A stretch of DNA of 61,057 nucleotides, counting the filler. It is 5 parts of 5 records of this genome, joined end to end, with 100 filler letters (N's around TTAATTAATTAA, not from the genome) between each part and the next. Parts side by side here need not be neighbours in the genome. Positions count along the whole stretch, not along the records: positions 55,863 to 61,057 come from DRR723986_8124; 4 more parts are not named here. One strand, given 5' to 3'. Below the pieces are notes generated by a model. The model was not told where the DNA came from. It saw only the letters and a list, made by a program, of their open reading frames with translations, and ran no database searches. Both the position numbers and the translations under genes were made by a program. Below, piece by piece: positions 58,116-61,057 of the stretch (positions are counted from its first letter, which is position 1; each line of letters starts with the position of its first letter).

Positions 58116-59777
58116 TCAGACCTCAATCGTTTTCGGGCGGCGTGCCTCGAACCAGATCACCACCAACAGGCGGGTGACAAAGATCGCGGTGAACACGGAT
58201 GTGATGATGCCAAAGCCCAGCGTGATCGCAAAGCCGCGCACCGGGCCGGAGCCCATGACGAACAGGATCACGGCTGTGATCAATGTGGTGATATTGGCGT
58301 CAACAATCGCCGAGAGCGCCTTTTCATAGCCCAGCGAGATGGCGCGGGCTGGCCCTTTGGCGGTTTTCAACTCTTCGCGGATGCGTTCAAAGATCAGCAC
58401 GTTGGCATCCACCGCCATACCCACCGTCAGAACGATCCCCGCAATGCCCGGCAAGGTCAGCGTCGCGCCGACAAGGCTGAGCAGGCCAAAGATCATGCCG
58501 ACGTTGATGATCAGGGCGATATTGGCAAAAATACCGAACAGGCCATAGCTGAGGAACATAAACACCAGCACCGCGACAAAGGCGATGATCGTCGCCACCT
58601 TGCCCGCATCAATGCTATCTTGCCCCAGTTCGGGACCGATGGTGCGTTCTTCAAGGAAATCGAGCCCCGCAGGCAAAGCACCCGCACGCAGCAACACCGC
58701 CAGATTGGTGCTTTCCTCGACATTGAAATTGCCGGTAATGATGCCCGATCCGCCGGGAATATGGCTTTGGATGGTGGGGGCGCTGATCACCTCGTCATCC
58801 AGAATGATCGCAAAAGGCGCGCCGATGTTTTCAGCAGTGTAGTTGCCAAATTTGCGCGCGCCCGATGTGTTGAACCGGAAGCTGACCGCGGGTGATCCAT
58901 TCTGATCAAAGCTGGGCTGCGCATCGACCAGTTCTTCGCCGGTGACGACAGGCGCGGATTCCACAATGTAATAGGCGCCTTCCTCATCGACAGAGGGCAG
59001 CAGTTTGTTGCCAATGCCGGGGTTGGCGTTGGCGTTGGCGTTGGCGTCCGAGCCACGGTTCACCACCGGATTAAAGGTCAGTTGCGCGGTGGTGCCGATG
59101 ATCGCTTTCAGCTCAGCGGCTGATCCGATGCCCGGCACCTGAATGAGGATCCGGTCCGCGCCCTGGCGCTGGATGGTCGGCTCGCGGGTGCCGACCTCGT
59201 CAATCCGGCGGCGGATGATCTCAAGCGATTGTTGCATCGTGCGCTCATCGGTCGCCTGCTTTTCCGCATCCGACAGGGTGACGATGATCATCCCGTCTTC
59301 GCCGCGCACATCGATGTCATTGGACCCTGCCCCGGTCAGCGTGGTCACGGGCCGAGCCAAACCGCGCACGATCTCCAACGCCTGCGCCATCTTGTCCGTA
59401 TCGTTGAGCCGCACGCGCAGCTCATCTTCGGGGGATTGCTGGCGGCGCACCGGGGTCAGGCTGCGCAAGGCATCGCGCACTTCGGGCCATTGGGCCTCCA
59501 TCCGGGCGGCATAGACGTCCTGCACCTTGACCTCGGCCAACAGATGCGCCCCGCCGCGCAAATCCAGTCCCAGATTGACCAGCCCCGATGGCATCCAATC
59601 GGGCCAAAGCGCCAGTTGCGCCTCAAGCTCGGGGGTGGAGCCGGACAGCTCAATCGCCTTGGCGGCATCGTTGTGCTGTTCCACGGGGCCGTAAAACGCA
59701 TTGGGCAACGCCAACCAAAGCCCAATGGCACAGGTCAACGCAATCGCAATCCGTTTCCACAGATCAATCTGAAGCAT
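58116..59777 (-). CDS. secD: Protein translocase subunit SecD
   Basis: LGLDLRGG, RRIDEVGTREP, LTLPGIAG, GMAVDANVLIFERIREE. Confidence 0.97.
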   Translation of the reverse strand: MLQIDLWKRIAIALTCAIGLWLALPNAFYGPVEQHNDAAKAIELSGSTPELEAQLALWPDWMPSGLVNLGLDLRGGAHLLAEVKVQDVYAARMEAQWPEVRDALRSLTPVRRQQSPEDELRVRLNDTDKMAQALEIVRGLARPVTTLTGAGSNDIDVRGEDGMIIVTLSDAEKQATDERTMQQSLEIIRRRIDEVGTREPTIQRQGADRILIQVPGIGSAAELKAIIGTTAQLTFNPVVNRGSDANANANANPGIGNKLLPSVDEEGAYYIVESAPVVTGEELVDAQPSFDQNGSPAVSFRFNTSGARKFGNYTAENIGAPFAIILDDEVISAPTIQSHIPGGSGIITGNFNVEESTNLAVLLRAGALPAGLDFLEERTIGPELGQDSIDAGKVATIIAFVAVLVFMFLSYGLFGIFANIALIINVGMIFGLLSLVGATLTLPGIAGIVLTVGMAVDANVLIFERIREELKTAKGPARAISLGYEKALSAIVDANITTLITAVILFVMGSGPVRGFAITLGFGIITSVFTAIFVTRLLVVIWFEARRPKTIEV

Positions 59778-59816
59778 GGGTCCGCCTTTATCTTGAGCGT
59801 TGGCCGCAGGGGCGGT

Positions 59817-60095
59817 CTATTTGGCCGGTTCGGTCTTGGACACAACCGTGGCGATGGTGGATTGGATCACGCGCACTTTGACGCCATCTGCGATCTCGAT
59901 CTCCAGCTCGCCATCTTCGCGCACTTTGACCACTTTGCCGATCATGCCGCCTTGGGTCACAACCTGATCCCCGCGTCGCAGAGCCGCCACCATCGCCTGA
60001 TGTTCCTTGGCTTTTTTCTGCTGTGGACGGATCAGGAGGAAGTACATGATACCGAAGATCAGGATCAGCGGGATAAATTGCTGGATGCCTTGCAT
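59817..60095 (-). CDS. yajC: Preprotein translocase subunit YajC
   Basis: MYFLLIRPQQKK, GDQVVTQGG. ATG at 60095. Confidence 0.95.
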   Translation of the reverse strand: MQGIQQFIPLILIFGIMYFLLIRPQQKKAKEHQAMVAALRRGDQVVTQGGMIGKVVKVREDGELEIEIADGVKVRVIQSTIATVVSKTEPAK

Positions 60096-60376
60096 GGAGG
60101 TGGTCCTTTTAGCTGCTGTTGAGGGCGCAAAACGCCCCACCACGAAGTTTGGCAGAACCTATGCGTGGCAAGGGCGGGGCGCAAGGTGCAAAGGGGAGAT
60201 TTGGGTGGACGGGACGGAGGAAGCAGGTAGTCTCGGATAAGTTGTGGAACTGCCCGTTATGGCCTGTTGTGCTTTAAAAGCAATCCGCGATCATCCCCCC
60301 TCACTCCGCTCTACCCCTTTGCTGCGCAATCCGGCATAACGCGGCCAGACGATTCATTTCTCCAAGGACGCATCCC

Positions 60377-61057
60377 ATGCATGACATCCGCGCCATCCGC
60401 GAAAATCCTGAGCTTCTTGACGCTGCCCTTGCGCGGCGGGGCGATGATGCGATGTCCTCCAAGGTGCTGGCATTGGACGAGGCACGGCGGGCCAAGATCG
60501 GTGCGGCTGAGGCTGCGCAGGCCGAACAGAACAAGGCCAGCAAACTAGTGGGCGCGGCCAAGGCCAAGGGTGACGAGGCCGAGTTTGAGCGGCTGCGCGC
60601 GCTTGTGTCTGACAAAAAGGCCGAAGTGGCCGCGATGCAAAGCGAGGCCAAGGAGCTGGACGCGCAGCTGACCGATATGCTGGCCCGCATTCCCAATTCG
60701 CCTGCCGATGATGTGCCAAGCGGCGCGGATGAGGCGGAGAATGTCGAGGTCCACCGCTGGGGCGATCTGCCGGAATTCGATTTTGAGCCCAAGGAACATT
60801 ACGAGATCGCGGGCGTGGCCCCGAACATGGATTTTGAAACCGCCGCCAAAACATCCGGCGCCCGGTTTGTGATGCTCAAGGGCGCTGTGGCGCGGGTGCA
60901 TCGGGCCTTGGCGCAGTTCATGGTCGACACCCATGTGGATGAAAACGGCCTGACCGAAGTGAACAGCCCGGTTCTGGTGCGCGACGAGGCGATGTATGGC
61001 ACGGATAAACTGCCAAAGTTTGGCGAGGACAGCTATCAAACCACCAATGGCTGGTGG
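60377..61057 (+). CDS. serS: Serine--tRNA ligase, 3' truncated (absent from the ORF track)
   Basis: Hand translation from ATG 60377: [11 protein letters not shown]...[10 protein letters not shown]...AAKTSGARF...[10 protein letters not shown], running off the window end. Confidence 0.95.
   Translation, partial: MHDIRAIRENPELLDAALARRGDDAMSSKVLALDEARRAKIGAAEAAQAEQNKASKLVGAAKAKGDEAEFERLRALVSDKKAEVAAMQSEAKELDAQLTDMLARIPNSPADDVPSGADEAENVEVHRWGDLPEFDFEPKEHYEIAGVAPNMDFETAAKTSGARFVMLKGAVARVHRALAQFMVDTHVDENGLTEVNSPVLVRDEAMYGTDKLPKFGEDSYQTTNGWW

Noticed and set aside
60267-61039. Listed ORFs at the window end (60267-60548, 60301-60792, 60354-60854, 60545-61039)
   Set aside because: All overlap the real, unterminated serS frame starting at 60377.

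Overview
The window is not one locus. It is five unrelated contig fragments joined by 100-nt artificial linkers (N-run, TTAATTAATTAA, N-run) at 13052-13151, 25508-25607, 34608-34707 and 55763-55862. Taxon labels below are inferred from gene content and sequence style. (1) 1-13051, betaproteobacterial: valS, alaS, NUDIX, TusA, an orphan PIN domain, BLUF, and a doeB-doeD-doeA-doeC-type ectoine catabolic operon. (2) 13152-25507, Roseibium/Labrenzia-like: GntR plus a kynureninase-like enzyme, a REP pair, and an indole/auxin-type catabolic cluster (IorAB, MarR, isatin hydrolase, two FAD oxidoreductases, Tat-exported solute-binding protein). (3) 25608-34607, Flavobacteriaceae: ftsH, cdsA, psd, then a sulfite oxidase-cytochrome c-rhodanese cluster that shares a TGTAAC-N4-GTTACA palindrome with a membrane protein/NTPase pair. 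(4) 34708-55762, FCB-group (Kapabacteria/Ignavibacteria-like), the most unusual part. It holds a tandem array of three ~610-aa paralogous secreted proteins with a non-canonical T9SS-like C-terminal domain, an orphan C-terminal remnant of a fourth, a small secreted protein, two TPR-LuxR regulators, and a four-copy intergenic hairpin element always in sense orientation downstream of genes. trkH/trkA and a PD40-OmpA gene follow. (5) 55863-61057, Rhodobacteraceae: ccmA, secF-secD-yajC and a partial serS that is missing from the ORF track. All homology calls come from motif recognition by eye; no searches were run.
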